DNA of 43,527 nt from assembly GCA_964460875.1 (NCBI GenBank), contig CAYWQN010000002.1, forward strand, positions 1-43,527, given 5' to 3'. The position numbers and the translations under genes are program-made. Below are positions 1 through 8,044 of this stretch, piece by piece. Under the pieces are notes generated by a model, which saw only the letters and a list, made by a program, of their open reading frames with translations, did not search any database and was not told the DNA's origin. How positions within the stretch are numbered: the first letter of the stretch is position 1; each line of letters opens with the position of its first letter. This DNA is from an uncultured Candidatus Saccharibacteria bacterium (lineage in GTDB: Bacteria; Patescibacteriota; Minisyncoccia; Phycocordibacterales; Phycocordibacteraceae).

Positions 1-459
1 GAGAAGAGCGACTTCGACCTCGCAGATATAGCACGCAAGACCGTGAACGAGCTCACGCCGGTGGCGGTAAAGAAGAAGCTCGCGCTCACCATCTCAGCGC
101 CTGAGGACCTCCTAGTGAACGCGGATATCGGCAAGACCAAGCAGGTCATAACAAACCTCATCGACAACGCAGTCAAATACACCACCGAAGGCAGCGTCAC
201 GGTGACCGTCGAGAAGAAAGATACGAAAGCTCGGATAACCATTGCAGACACCGGCGTCGGCATCGCAGCAGATGAGATAGGCGGCCTCTTCGAGAAGTTC
301 AAGCGTGCCCGCGGCGCAAACAAGGTGAACACCACCGGCACCGGACTGGGCCTCTATGTGGCGAAGCAGCTCACCGAAGGAAGCGGCGGCAAGATCTGGG
401 CTGAGTCGGACGGCGCCGGCAAGGGCTCGCGCTTCATCGTGGAGCTGCCGGCGAAATAG
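1..459 (+). CDS. Sensor histidine kinase, C-terminal HATPase_c fragment (5' end outside the window)
   Basis: The frame is open from base 1. The translation carries the N box (NLIDNAVKYT), G1 (DTGVGI) and G2 (GTGLGLYVAK) ATP-binding motifs. TAG stop at 457-459. Confidence 0.85.
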   Translation, partial: EKSDFDLADIARKTVNELTPVAVKKKLALTISAPEDLLVNADIGKTKQVITNLIDNAVKYTTEGSVTVTVEKKDTKARITIADTGVGIAADEIGGLFEKFKRARGANKVNTTGTGLGLYVAKQLTEGSGGKIWAESDGAGKGSRFIVELPAK

Positions 460-524
460 CCCGCTTTGAGGCATACGAAGCAATAGATAATCGAGCCTCC
501 CTCTGCTATATTCAGCCTTATAGT

Positions 525-1985
525 ATGGCCTTCCTCGAAGACGTCCGCGTCGAGCGCGAAAAAAAGATAGCCCTCCTCAAAGAGAAGGGCATCGACCCGT
601 ACCCGGCGGAGTCTAATCGCACGCATGAAAATGCCTCATTCCTCGCTGCCTTTGAGACGCTCTCTGCCTCCGGAGAGGCAATAACCCTCGCTGGACGCAT
701 TGTGTCTCTGCGCGACCAGGGCGGCATCGTGTTCCTGGATCTCTTCGACGGCTCCGCGCGCGTCCAAGGTCTCCTTAAGAAGGACGACATGGACGGCGAA
801 AGCTTCGACCTTTTCATGATGACCGCGGACACCGGCGACTTCATCGAGCTTTCCGGTACCGCTTTCACCACCAAGCGTGGCATGCAGTCTTTGGCCGCAG
901 CCTCCTGGCGTATGCTCGCCAAGTCGCTTCGCCCGATGCCTGACGAGTGGTACGGCCTCAAGGACGAGGACGAACGCTACCGCAAGCGCTACCTCGACAT
1001 CCTCCTGAACCCGGAAGTCGCAGACCTTATCAAGAAGCGCTCCATATTCTGGAACTCCATCCGTTCATTCATGCTGAAGCGCGATTTCGTAGAAGTGGAG
1101 ACGCCAGTGCTCGAGACGATGACCGGCGGAGCGGAAGCGCGGCCGTTCATCACGCACCACAACGCGCTCGATATCGACGTATTCCTTCGCATCTCGGTAG
1201 GAGAGCTCTGGCAGAAGAAGCTCATGGTCGGCGGCCTGCCGCGCACCTTCGAAATAGGACGCATCTTCCGCAATGAGGGCATGTCCTATGAGCATGCGAA
1301 CGATTACACCTCTTTTGAGTTCTATGCGGCATATCTCGACGCGCGTGAAGGCATACCGATGCTTATCGATATGTACCGCACCGTAGCGCAGGAAACCTTC
1401 GGCACGCAGCAGTTCACTATAGGCGGATTTGAGATAGACCTCGCCAAGGAATGGGGCCAGTACGACTTCAATGAGCTGATGCAGAAAGAATACGGATTCG
1501 ACCCGCGCAACGTCGCGCTCGACGCAGTGAAGAAGGCGCTTGATAAAGAGAAGATGTCGTATGAGCCTTCTGTCGATGTTGGACGCGGTGTCGACATGCT
1601 CTGGAAGAAAATACGAAAGACTATTGGCGGCCCAGCCATTTTGACCGGAATGCCGGTGTACCTTGAGCCGCTCGCAAAAAAATCAGTCGCTGACAGCCGC
1701 GTTGTGGAGCGGTTCAATATTCTTCTTGCAGGAAGCGAGGTAGGGAAGGCGTTCAATGAGCTCAACGATCCCGCCGACCAGCGCGAGCGCTTTGAAGGGC
1801 AGCAGAAGCTGCGGGACGCAGGGGACGACGAGGCGCAGATGGCGGATTTCGAGTACGTAGAAGCGATGGAATACGGCATGCCGCCTACGTTCGGATTCGG
1901 CGTCTCCGAGCGCCTCTTCTCCTTCCTTGCCGGCAAGAGCATCCGCGAAGCCCAGATATTCCCGCTGATGCGCCCGAAGGAATAG
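525..1985 (+). CDS. lysS: Lysine--tRNA ligase, class II
   Basis: 486-aa ORF with an N-terminal OB-fold region (GRIVSLRDQGGIVFLDL) and class II core motifs (FRNEGMSYEHANDYTSFE, GMPPTFGFGVSERL). TGCTATATT -10-like box at 504-512. Confidence 0.93.
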   Translation: MAFLEDVRVEREKKIALLKEKGIDPYPAESNRTHENASFLAAFETLSASGEAITLAGRIVSLRDQGGIVFLDLFDGSARVQGLLKKDDMDGESFDLFMMTADTGDFIELSGTAFTTKRGMQSLAAASWRMLAKSLRPMPDEWYGLKDEDERYRKRYLDILLNPEVADLIKKRSIFWNSIRSFMLKRDFVEVETPVLETMTGGAEARPFITHHNALDIDVFLRISVGELWQKKLMVGGLPRTFEIGRIFRNEGMSYEHANDYTSFEFYAAYLDAREGIPMLIDMYRTVAQETFGTQQFTIGGFEIDLAKEWGQYDFNELMQKEYGFDPRNVALDAVKKALDKEKMSYEPSVDVGRGVDMLWKKIRKTIGGPAILTGMPVYLEPLAKKSVADSRVVERFNILLAGSEVGKAFNELNDPADQRERFEGQQKLRDAGDDEAQMADFEYVEAMEYGMPPTFGFGVSERLFSFLAGKSIREAQIFPLMRPKE

Positions 1986-1988
1986 CGC

Positions 1989-2030
1989 AAAAAAATACCC
2001 CCTACTGCCACGCAGGCTGTAGGGGGTTAG
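1989..2030. terminator. Bidirectional intrinsic terminator between the convergent lysS and 2053-2499 genes
   Basis: 9-bp stem ACCCCCTAC (1997-2005) / GTAGGGGGT (2019-2027). An A7 run upstream gives a U tract on the minus strand. Confidence 0.6.
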
Positions 2031-2052
2031 TTCGGAAGTACCGACCGAGCTG

Positions 2053-2499
2053 TTACGAAGAGCAGCAGGACGATACACATACGCTCCGGTGCTGAGGCCA
2101 CAAGTCGGCCGGCGGTTCTTCGCCAAACAGCTTGGCGTAGAGCGGTATCGTGCCGCCGAAGTAAAGCGGCTTCAGATCGGCCTGCTCCTGATCGGTCACG
2201 GCGGGCGCATGATGAATCATGGTTCCGCATGCGGCCTGCGAGAGCGCGGCGTAGTCTTTGGAAAAGAGCATGTGCGCATGCCACAGCTTGTCGACTGGTC
2301 CGGAAATGGGCAGTTTTTCCCCGGTTTTGGCAGTTGCCATCACGAGGAATCGCTTGTATTCGAGTTCAAGCGATTCAACGTGATCGGGCTCCAGTCCTTC
2401 GCGATGTACCAAGAATGCCTTGGGTCGGGACAAATCCCAGCCCATGATCGCGTCGAGAGTCCGGCTTTGGATCTCGATCGGTACCACACTCGTGTTCAT
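2053..2499 (-). CDS. Hypothetical protein with a GRDP-like (DUF1399-type) WHxHxL motif and a Cys/Ser-rich C-terminus
   Basis: The ORF track gives 2053-2514. The second ATG at 2499 sits 6 nt after a perfect AAGGAG. Motif VDKLWHAHMLFSKDY; the C-terminus is SVCVSSCCSS. Confidence 0.55.
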   Translation of the reverse strand: MNTSVVPIEIQSRTLDAIMGWDLSRPKAFLVHREGLEPDHVESLELEYKRFLVMATAKTGEKLPISGPVDKLWHAHMLFSKDYAALSQAACGTMIHHAPAVTDQEQADLKPLYFGGTIPLYAKLFGEEPPADLWPQHRSVCVSSCCSS

Positions 2500-2606
2500 C
2501 TTCTTCTCCTTCACTCTCCATGGAACATTCCAAGGAGTGCTCCAAGTATAATAGTGGGGGTTGCTCTGTCAAATAAAAAGAGTAATTATAAATCTGTCAA
2601 TAACGT

Positions 2607-2954
2607 ATGGATCAGAGCGTAACATTTTCGCGTATCTTTAAAGTGAGGCCAGACAAGGTTGCGCGCGTGCGCGCATGGATGCAGGAGCTTTCTTCCGCGC
2701 GGCAGAGCGAAGCGCTCGAGACGCTTGCGCAAGAAAATCTATCCCGAGAGACCTACGCATTGTTCGTTGATGATGAGAATACCCACTATCTTATCGGCAT
2801 GACCATAGGAGCGGGGCGCCAGCTTCCGGCCAACCAGGAACTGGAGATCAATCAGCAGCACAGCACGTTTAAAAAAGAATGCTTGGTTGCTTTTTCAAAA
2901 ACCGGGGAAATACTTTTAGATTTGAAGGTGCCGCCGCCTCCTTCACTCAAATGA
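2607..2954 (+). CDS. Hypothetical small protein (115 aa)
   Basis: Clean ORF in an AT-rich divergent promoter region. Its TGA stop overlaps the ATG of the next gene (ATGA at 2951-2954), suggesting translational coupling. Confidence 0.6.
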   Translation: MDQSVTFSRIFKVRPDKVARVRAWMQELSSARQSEALETLAQENLSRETYALFVDDENTHYLIGMTIGAGRQLPANQELEINQQHSTFKKECLVAFSKTGEILLDLKVPPPPSLK

Positions 2955-3817
2955 TTTCGCACTTTTTACATACAGGTCCCCAGGACGGGGCGAAGCTGCT
3001 CGTGTTCGGCGCCATACACGGCGACGAGCAGTGCGGACCTGTCGCGATAGGAAAAGTCATGGATAGGATACGGGCCGGTACGCTTCCTATCGTCCGCGGC
3101 TCTATTACCTTCGTCCCCGTATGCAATCCCGAAGCATATGCCGAGAAAAACCGGGTGCATAAGGAGAATTTGAACAGGATATTCAAGAAGACCGAGAATC
3201 CCGACTCCTATGAGGCAGCCCTCGCAAACGAACTTTGCGCGCTCGTCGACGAATGCGACGCATTGCTTGATATTCACTCGTCTTTCGTCCCCGCGCCTTC
3301 GAACGTCTTCGTCGACTACCCGACGCAGGAAAACCTCGCTTTTGCGAAATCCCTCCGTCCAGACTTCCTCGTATTCGACTGGCCGAAGGTGTACGAGAAT
3401 AACGAGTTCGCATTTCCGGGCTGGACCACGGACCGCTATGCCCATGAAGCGGGGAAAATCGGCATCCTGGCCGAATGCGGCAAGCACGATGATCTGAACG
3501 CTGAGGCGCTCGCCGAGCGCTACATAGAGCGTGCGCTCGAGCACTTTGGCCTTACTGCGCTCGGCCCGCCGCCCGTGGCGGAAGAGCCTGCGCCGCGCTC
3601 AGTGCATATGACTGATATATACAAGCGCGAAAGCGCTGACGACACGTTCGTGAAGGCTTGGCATCATCTCGAAGAAGTGCCGGGCGGATCAATTATCGCA
3701 ACGCGCGCGAACGGCGAAGAAGTGCGTGCCTCAAGCGACTGCTTCATCCTCTTCCCCAAGGATTACGCGCTTCCCGGCGGCGAGTGGTTCTACCTCGGCG
3801 TTGAGAAAGCTGCCTGA
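2951..3817 (+). CDS. Succinylglutamate desuccinylase/aspartoacylase-family (M14-like) zinc hydrolase
   Basis: HxxE zinc motif in LVFGAIHGDEQCGP near the N-terminus, and LDIHS further on. The start is trimmed from the track value 2879 to the ATG at 2951 that overlaps the upstream stop. Confidence 0.6.
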   Translation: MISHFLHTGPQDGAKLLVFGAIHGDEQCGPVAIGKVMDRIRAGTLPIVRGSITFVPVCNPEAYAEKNRVHKENLNRIFKKTENPDSYEAALANELCALVDECDALLDIHSSFVPAPSNVFVDYPTQENLAFAKSLRPDFLVFDWPKVYENNEFAFPGWTTDRYAHEAGKIGILAECGKHDDLNAEALAERYIERALEHFGLTALGPPPVAEEPAPRSVHMTDIYKRESADDTFVKAWHHLEEVPGGSIIATRANGEEVRASSDCFILFPKDYALPGGEWFYLGVEKAA

Positions 3818-3823
3818 TATACT
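3815..3823 (+). promoter_or_regulatory. Extended -10-like box TGATATACT, 6 nt upstream of the tyrS ATG
   Basis: TGnTAnAnT pattern with no Shine-Dalgarno sequence between it and ATG 3830. Part of a recurrent pattern in this window. Confidence 0.4.
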
Positions 3824-3829
3824 GCGCGT

Positions 3830-5080
3830 ATGACTCTCGTAGAGGACTTGAAGGCGCGCGGGATAGGGAAGGAGGCGTCCGCGCCGCTTGAGACCATTCT
3901 CTCCACGAAGCGCGGCGTGTATCTTGGCATGGACCCGACGGCCGACTCCCTCCATGTAGGACACCTCGTCCCGTTGATGCTCATGAAGCGCCTCTCCGAC
4001 GCCGGGCACCGCGCGGTATTTCTGGTGGGCGGTGGGACCGGCATGATCGGCGACCCGCGCGATTCAGGAGAGCGCACGCTGCTTGATAAGCGCACGCTCG
4101 AACACAACAAGCGCGCGCTGCGCAGTCAGCTCCAGAAAATAATGGGGCGCTCCATTGAGATGGTCGATAACGCGTCATGGCTCGGCAAGCTTTCGCTTCT
4201 CGAGTTCTTGCGCGATACCGGCAAGCATTTCTCAGTGAACGAGCTCACCAAGCGCGATCTCATCAAGCGCCGCCTGGAAACTCCCGACGAAAGCATCTCA
4301 TTTACTGAATTTTCGTACTCATTGCTCCAAGGCTTCGACTTCCTCACGCTTTTCAAGAAAAGAGGCGTATCAGTGCAGGTGGGCGCCTCCGACCAATGGA
4401 CGAACATGCTCTCGGGCGTCGAGCTCATCCGCCGCAAACAGAGTGAGGAAGCGTTCTGCTTCACGTGCCCCTTGGTCACGGACGCTGCCGGCAAAAAATT
4501 CGGCAAATCAGAGGGTAACGCCGTATGGCTCGACGGGAAGAAGACATCGCCGTTTTCCTTCTATCAGTTTTGGATGGGACTTCCAGACCAGGGGCTCGAC
4601 ACCTATCTGAAGCTCTATACCTTCATGCCCGTTGCAGATATCGACGCATTGATGGAGAAACACAGCGCTGCTCCGCAAGACCGGGAAGCGCAGGAGACGT
4701 TGGCGCGTCTCGTGACCGAAATAGTCCACGGCCCGGCAGCGACCGCTCAGGCCGCAGCGGCTTCCGACGCCCTGTTCGGCGGACGGCCGCTCGGAGAGCT
4801 ATCGCGCGAAGAACGCGCAGTACTCTTGGGCGAAGCGACGACCGTAAGCATTTCAAAGGCGGATGCCGCAAAAGGCTACGCCATAGGAGATGCGATGGTC
4901 GCCGGCGGGCTCGCATCCTCGAAGTCGGACGCGCGTCGCCTCATCGAAGGCAAGGGCGTCTCCATAAACGGCAAGCCGGTGGACTCCGTCGATCCGTCCA
5001 TCCGCGCTGCCGACTTTGACGGCGGTCTTGCGATACTCCGCAAAGGAAAGCGCGATACGGCAGTGCTCGTCTTGAAATAA
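3830..5080 (+). CDS. tyrS: Tyrosine--tRNA ligase with C-terminal S4-like domain
   Basis: HIGH-type motif (SLHVGHLV), KMSKS-type motif (KFGKSEG) and a C-terminal S4-like segment (SKSDARRLIEGKGVSINGK). Confidence 0.93.
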   Translation: MTLVEDLKARGIGKEASAPLETILSTKRGVYLGMDPTADSLHVGHLVPLMLMKRLSDAGHRAVFLVGGGTGMIGDPRDSGERTLLDKRTLEHNKRALRSQLQKIMGRSIEMVDNASWLGKLSLLEFLRDTGKHFSVNELTKRDLIKRRLETPDESISFTEFSYSLLQGFDFLTLFKKRGVSVQVGASDQWTNMLSGVELIRRKQSEEAFCFTCPLVTDAAGKKFGKSEGNAVWLDGKKTSPFSFYQFWMGLPDQGLDTYLKLYTFMPVADIDALMEKHSAAPQDREAQETLARLVTEIVHGPAATAQAAAASDALFGGRPLGELSREERAVLLGEATTVSISKADAAKGYAIGDAMVAGGLASSKSDARRLIEGKGVSINGKPVDSVDPSIRAADFDGGLAILRKGKRDTAVLVLK

Positions 5081-5670
5081 TGGATACCGAGTGGGAAGCG
5101 ACGTTCTGGCCGGTTGATAAAGACGATATGCGCGAACGGCTTCTGAAAGCCGACGCCCAACGCGAGCACGAGGAACGCCTCATGCGCCGCTATGTGCTGC
5201 ATATGCCAAGCGGCGGGAACGCGAGCACTCATGATCGCGTTCGGGTCCGCGACGAAGGCGACAAGGTCACCATGACCATAAAGCAGACGGGGGAAGCCAT
5301 GCATGAGCAGAAAGAGTACGAAATAGTTATCGATGACCTGGAGCGCGGAAATGAGTTCCTGCTGCATCTCGGCTGCGCGCCCATGGCGTATCAGGAGACG
5401 AAGCGCGAGACCTGGAAGCTGCTCGGCACGAGCGTCACTATCGATGAATGGCCTCATATAGAACCTTGGCTTGAGATAGAAGGAGCAGACGAAGCGGCGG
5501 TGCGCGCTGCCGCTGGAGCGCTCGGGTTCGCGTGGAGCGACGCGAAATTCTGCACGAAGAAAGCGCTGTACGGAGAAAAGTACGGCATGTCGCGCGAGGA
5601 AGCTGGGGAACTTATGGCGCGGCTTGTCTTTGCGGACGCGAATCCATTTCTCCGCACATCTGGAACATAA
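5080..5670 (+). CDS. CYTH-domain protein (class IV adenylyl cyclase / triphosphate tunnel metalloenzyme family)
   Basis: N-terminal ExExx signature (TEWEATF). RVRDEGDKVTMTIKQ and KRETWKLLGTSVTIDEW...LEIEG match the CYTH beta-barrel pattern. The ATG overlaps the tyrS stop (TAATG). Confidence 0.6.
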   Translation: MDTEWEATFWPVDKDDMRERLLKADAQREHEERLMRRYVLHMPSGGNASTHDRVRVRDEGDKVTMTIKQTGEAMHEQKEYEIVIDDLERGNEFLLHLGCAPMAYQETKRETWKLLGTSVTIDEWPHIEPWLEIEGADEAAVRAAAGALGFAWSDAKFCTKKALYGEKYGMSREEAGELMARLVFADANPFLRTSGT

Positions 5671-5699
5671 GCCTCAAATAGGCTAGAATCGGCCTAGAT

Positions 5700-5782
5700 G
5701 CGTCGGTGGTAGAGTGGTCAATTACAACAGGCTGTAAACCTGTCGGCTTCGGCCTACGGAGGTTCGAATCCTCCCCGGCGCA
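5700..5782 (+). tRNA. tRNA-Tyr (anticodon GTA), long variable arm, no encoded CCA
   Basis: Acceptor GCGTCGG pairs with CCGGCGC. Anticodon stem-loop is ACAGG-CTGTAAA-CCTGT with GTA at 5734-5736. T arm is GGAGG-TTCGAAT-CCTCC at 5758-5774. Discriminator A at 5782. Confidence 0.9.
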
Positions 5783-5783
5783 C

Positions 5784-5819
5784 AAAATGAAAAACCCCGA
5801 AAGGGGTCTTTTCATTTTG
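5784..5819 (+). terminator. Intrinsic terminator after tRNA-Tyr
   Basis: AAAATGAAAAACCCC-GAAA-GGGGTCTTTTCATTTT: a GC-cored hairpin extended by complementary A/T runs. Confidence 0.7.
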
Positions 5820-6115
5820 TGGCCGGAGCACGCCTGGGAGGCGTGCGTGGAGGATTCGAAAGCCGGAAGGCCGGAGGGCCTGAGGCGGGGTCGCGCAAAA
5901 TCTCAGCAGAGATCTACGTGTGACCGAACCTCCCCGGACGCACTTGGTAAATCGTGCACACACTTCCCAAACGCACCTCAATTTTTTGCATAAAAAATAT
6001 CCGACCATCGTCGGACTCTACCTAACCATCGCCTTACGCAAAGTCAACTTGCGTCTGTATTACACTACCGCCGCGGAACCTGTTCTAGGTCCGCGGCGGG
6101 GATTCGGGGACGAGC

Positions 6116-6277
6116 CTACCGGCTCGCGAGTTGCTGTTGCGCGGCTTGCTGCTGACGCATGTCCGAATAGTCTTTCCACTCCTGTGCAAACTGCTGGCGG
6201 CGCCAGCCGTCATACACAGGCGGTCCGACAATCACGAACGTGGCCGTAGCGATGAGCGCGCAAATCAAACTTTTCAT
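6116..6277 (-). CDS. Small hypothetical membrane protein (53 aa), absent from the ORF track
   Basis: Translation MKSLICALIATATFVIVGPPVYDGWRRQQFAQEWKDYSDMRQQQAAQQQLASR. One hydrophobic helix. AAAGGGG lies 8 nt before the ATG, a canonical promoter lies upstream, and a 10-bp hairpin (6068-6099) lies downstream. Confidence 0.45.
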   Translation of the reverse strand: MKSLICALIATATFVIVGPPVYDGWRRQQFAQEWKDYSDMRQQQAAQQQLASR

Positions 6278-6325
6278 GCGTATTGCCCCTTTGTGCTACC
6301 CATCCGTCGACGGGCGAATATCCAC

Positions 6326-6353
6326 ACTATATCAGAAATAGAGGATAAGTCAA
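6326..6353 (-). promoter_or_regulatory. Sigma70-like promoter on the minus strand (TTGACT-16 nt-TATAGT)
   Basis: The reverse complement of 6348-6353 is TTGACT and of 6326-6331 is TATAGT, with a 16-nt spacer. It sits about 45 nt upstream of the small ORF start at 6277. Confidence 0.45.
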
Positions 6354-6447
6354 ATCAATGGATCCGGGTGTGCATAACTTCATAAACACGAACGCCGCAC
6401 ACCTTTGGTAAGGTGGCGGCGTCATGCTTTCCCGGCAACGAGCCGAA

Positions 6448-6594
6448 TTACTGGACGCTTACGCCGAGAAGCCCCGAGGGCGCCATGAGCGCAATCACTG
6501 AAGAAATGATCGCGACCAAGACGCTTAACGGAACCTCCCAATGGCGCTCGCACCAATCCCACGAGTCGTTATATGCCTTTTCGAAAGCTTTCAT
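6448..6594 (-). CDS. Small hypothetical membrane protein (48 aa), absent from the ORF track
   Basis: Translation MKAFEKAYNDSWDWCERHWEVPLSVLVAIISSVIALMAPSGLLGVSVQ. A G5 run lies 5 nt before the ATG, and a hairpin at 6394-6424 lies downstream. An alternative in-frame ATG is at 6606. Confidence 0.35.
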   Translation of the reverse strand: MKAFEKAYNDSWDWCERHWEVPLSVLVAIISSVIALMAPSGLLGVSVQ

Positions 6595-6706
6595 GGTAGC
6601 CCCCATGATGTGTGCTAGCCGCGCGCATGCGGCAAAGCTTTATCATACCAGCTTTATAGGTATTGTCAATATAACCGGGAAAACGCGCGGTAGGGAAGCC
6701 TTTTTC

Positions 6707-6715
6707 TGCTATATT
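6707..6715 (+). promoter_or_regulatory. Extended -10-like box TGCTATATT, 6 nt upstream of the trpS ATG
   Basis: Same nonamer as upstream of lysS. It supports ATG 6722 as the true trpS start. Confidence 0.4.
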
Positions 6716-6721
6716 GCTCTC

Positions 6722-7663
6722 ATGAACGCACGACAGCGCCTCCTGACCGGACTCCAGTCCTCAGGGGATCTCCATATCGGCAATTATTTCGGGGTATTAA
6801 AGCCGTTCCGCGAAGCGTACGAGGCATACGACAGCTTCCTCATGGTCGCCGATTACCACTCCCTCACTTCTTTGAAAGACGCCGGGAAGCTCCGCGAGAA
6901 CATCAAGAATGCAGTCAAAGATTACGTCGCCGTAGGCATCGATCCTGCGAAAGCCGTCATGTTCAAACAGTCGGACGTATCTGCGCACACCGAGCTTGCA
7001 TGGATATTCGACTGCCTTGTTACGGTGAAGTTTCTCGAGCTCGGCCACGCCTTCAAAGACAAGGTCGCCAAAGGGCTTGAGGCGAATGCCGGGCTCATGA
7101 CCTACCCCATGCTCATGGCCGCAGACATTCTCCTCTATGACACGGACGTGGTGCCGGTGGGCGAAGATCAGCGCCAGCACCTTGAATACGCGCGCGAAGC
7201 GGCCGCGAAATTCAATAATGCGTACGGCGCTCTCATGAAAGAGCCGAAAGAGCTCATCCTCCCTGGCGTAGGCATCATCCCCGGCACGGACGGCCAGAAA
7301 ATGAGCAAAAGCTACGGCAATACCATCCCCCTCTTCGGGACCAAGGACGACACCGCAAAGGCGGTCATGGGTATCGTCACGGACTCTTCGGGCGAGCGTC
7401 CGCAGCATGTGTACGCCATACATAAGCTCTTCCGCGACGAAGGAGCGCTCACCGCGCTCTATGAAGAGAAGAAAGGGAAGTACAAAGATTTGAAGGAAGC
7501 CCTTATAGAAGACATCGAAGCGGAGCTTGCTCCGATGCGCGAGAGGCGCGAAAGCATTACTGACGCAGACGTCGCCAAGATCCTCCTGGAGGGCGCCGAG
7601 AAGGCGAAGGCGGTTGCTGACGCCAAAATGACCGCAGTGCGTAAAGCAGTGGGCGTCGACTAG
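6722..7663 (+). CDS. trpS: Tryptophan--tRNA ligase
   Basis: N-terminus MNARQRLLTGLQSSGDLHIGNYFG (HIGH-type motif) and KMSKS motif (GQKMSKSYGN). The track ORF starts at 6413, but its first 103 aa lack similarity to the family and overlap a minus-strand small ORF. Confidence 0.9.
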   Translation: MNARQRLLTGLQSSGDLHIGNYFGVLKPFREAYEAYDSFLMVADYHSLTSLKDAGKLRENIKNAVKDYVAVGIDPAKAVMFKQSDVSAHTELAWIFDCLVTVKFLELGHAFKDKVAKGLEANAGLMTYPMLMAADILLYDTDVVPVGEDQRQHLEYAREAAAKFNNAYGALMKEPKELILPGVGIIPGTDGQKMSKSYGNTIPLFGTKDDTAKAVMGIVTDSSGERPQHVYAIHKLFRDEGALTALYEEKKGKYKDLKEALIEDIEAELAPMRERRESITDADVAKILLEGAEKAKAVADAKMTAVRKAVGVD

Positions 7664-7726
7664 GCATTTTATACGAGTGCTATTATTTCGGCACGCAGCG
7701 CTGTGGCTGCATGAGGAGGATTGCGC

Positions 7727-7951
7727 ATGTCTCTCAAAATTTTGGTTCTGAGAGAAGGCGAACAGGCCGAATGGTCTAACAGGATGCTCGATAGGATTTT
7801 TCCGGATGGCTGGAGGGTTGTTCCTCAAAGTTCTCCGGAAGCTCGGGATGCATTGCCAATCAGTATCGTTACTGGGCGGGCATGGCTCGTGAAAGTCTTC
7901 TTTCCTGAAGACGCCGAAAACAAAATCGAGGTGCCTGCAGTGACCTATTAG
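7727..7951 (+). CDS. Hypothetical protein (74 aa)
   Basis: ATG 7727 sits 6 nt after GAGGAGGA (7713-7720). An intrinsic terminator follows the ORF. Confidence 0.5.
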   Translation: MSLKILVLREGEQAEWSNRMLDRIFPDGWRVVPQSSPEARDALPISIVTGRAWLVKVFFPEDAENKIEVPAVTY

Positions 7952-7961
7952 CCTGGACGAG

Positions 7962-8001
7962 CGTCCGTCCGCGAGCATTCGCGGGCGGACGTCCTTCTTT
8001 T
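7962..8001 (+). terminator. Intrinsic terminator
   Basis: 13-bp stem CGTCCGTCCGCGA / TCGCGGGCGGACG (one G-U pair), GCAT loop, then TCCTTCTTTT. Confidence 0.65.
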
Positions 8002-8044
8002 ACGTATTCGAATATAGGCCGCAAGCGTGCTATTTTATCCTCAT

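Noticed and set aside
5820-5990. tmRNA, SRP RNA or RNase P RNA next to tRNA-Tyr
   Set aside because: Only fragmentary resemblances were seen (GGATTCGAA, CCGGAAGG). There is no contiguous T arm plus acceptor 3' end, no tag reading frame, no SRP GGAA-AGCA helix-8 signature and no GGAAAGUCC P4 element.
6413-6721. 103-aa N-terminal extension of the trpS ORF in the six-frame track
   Set aside because: The extension has no TrpRS similarity, and its composition looks non-coding. A -10 box sits 6 nt before the internal ATG 6722, which gives the canonical TrpRS N-terminus. A better small ORF lies on the opposite strand.
6797-7978. 393-aa minus-strand ORF, plus similar long antisense ORFs (for example 9344-10228, 1322-2011, 10455-11153, 37767-38411)
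   Set aside because: These are shadow ORFs opposite strongly supported genes in GC-rich DNA. Their translations are Arg/His/Gly/Ala-skewed and carry no motifs.
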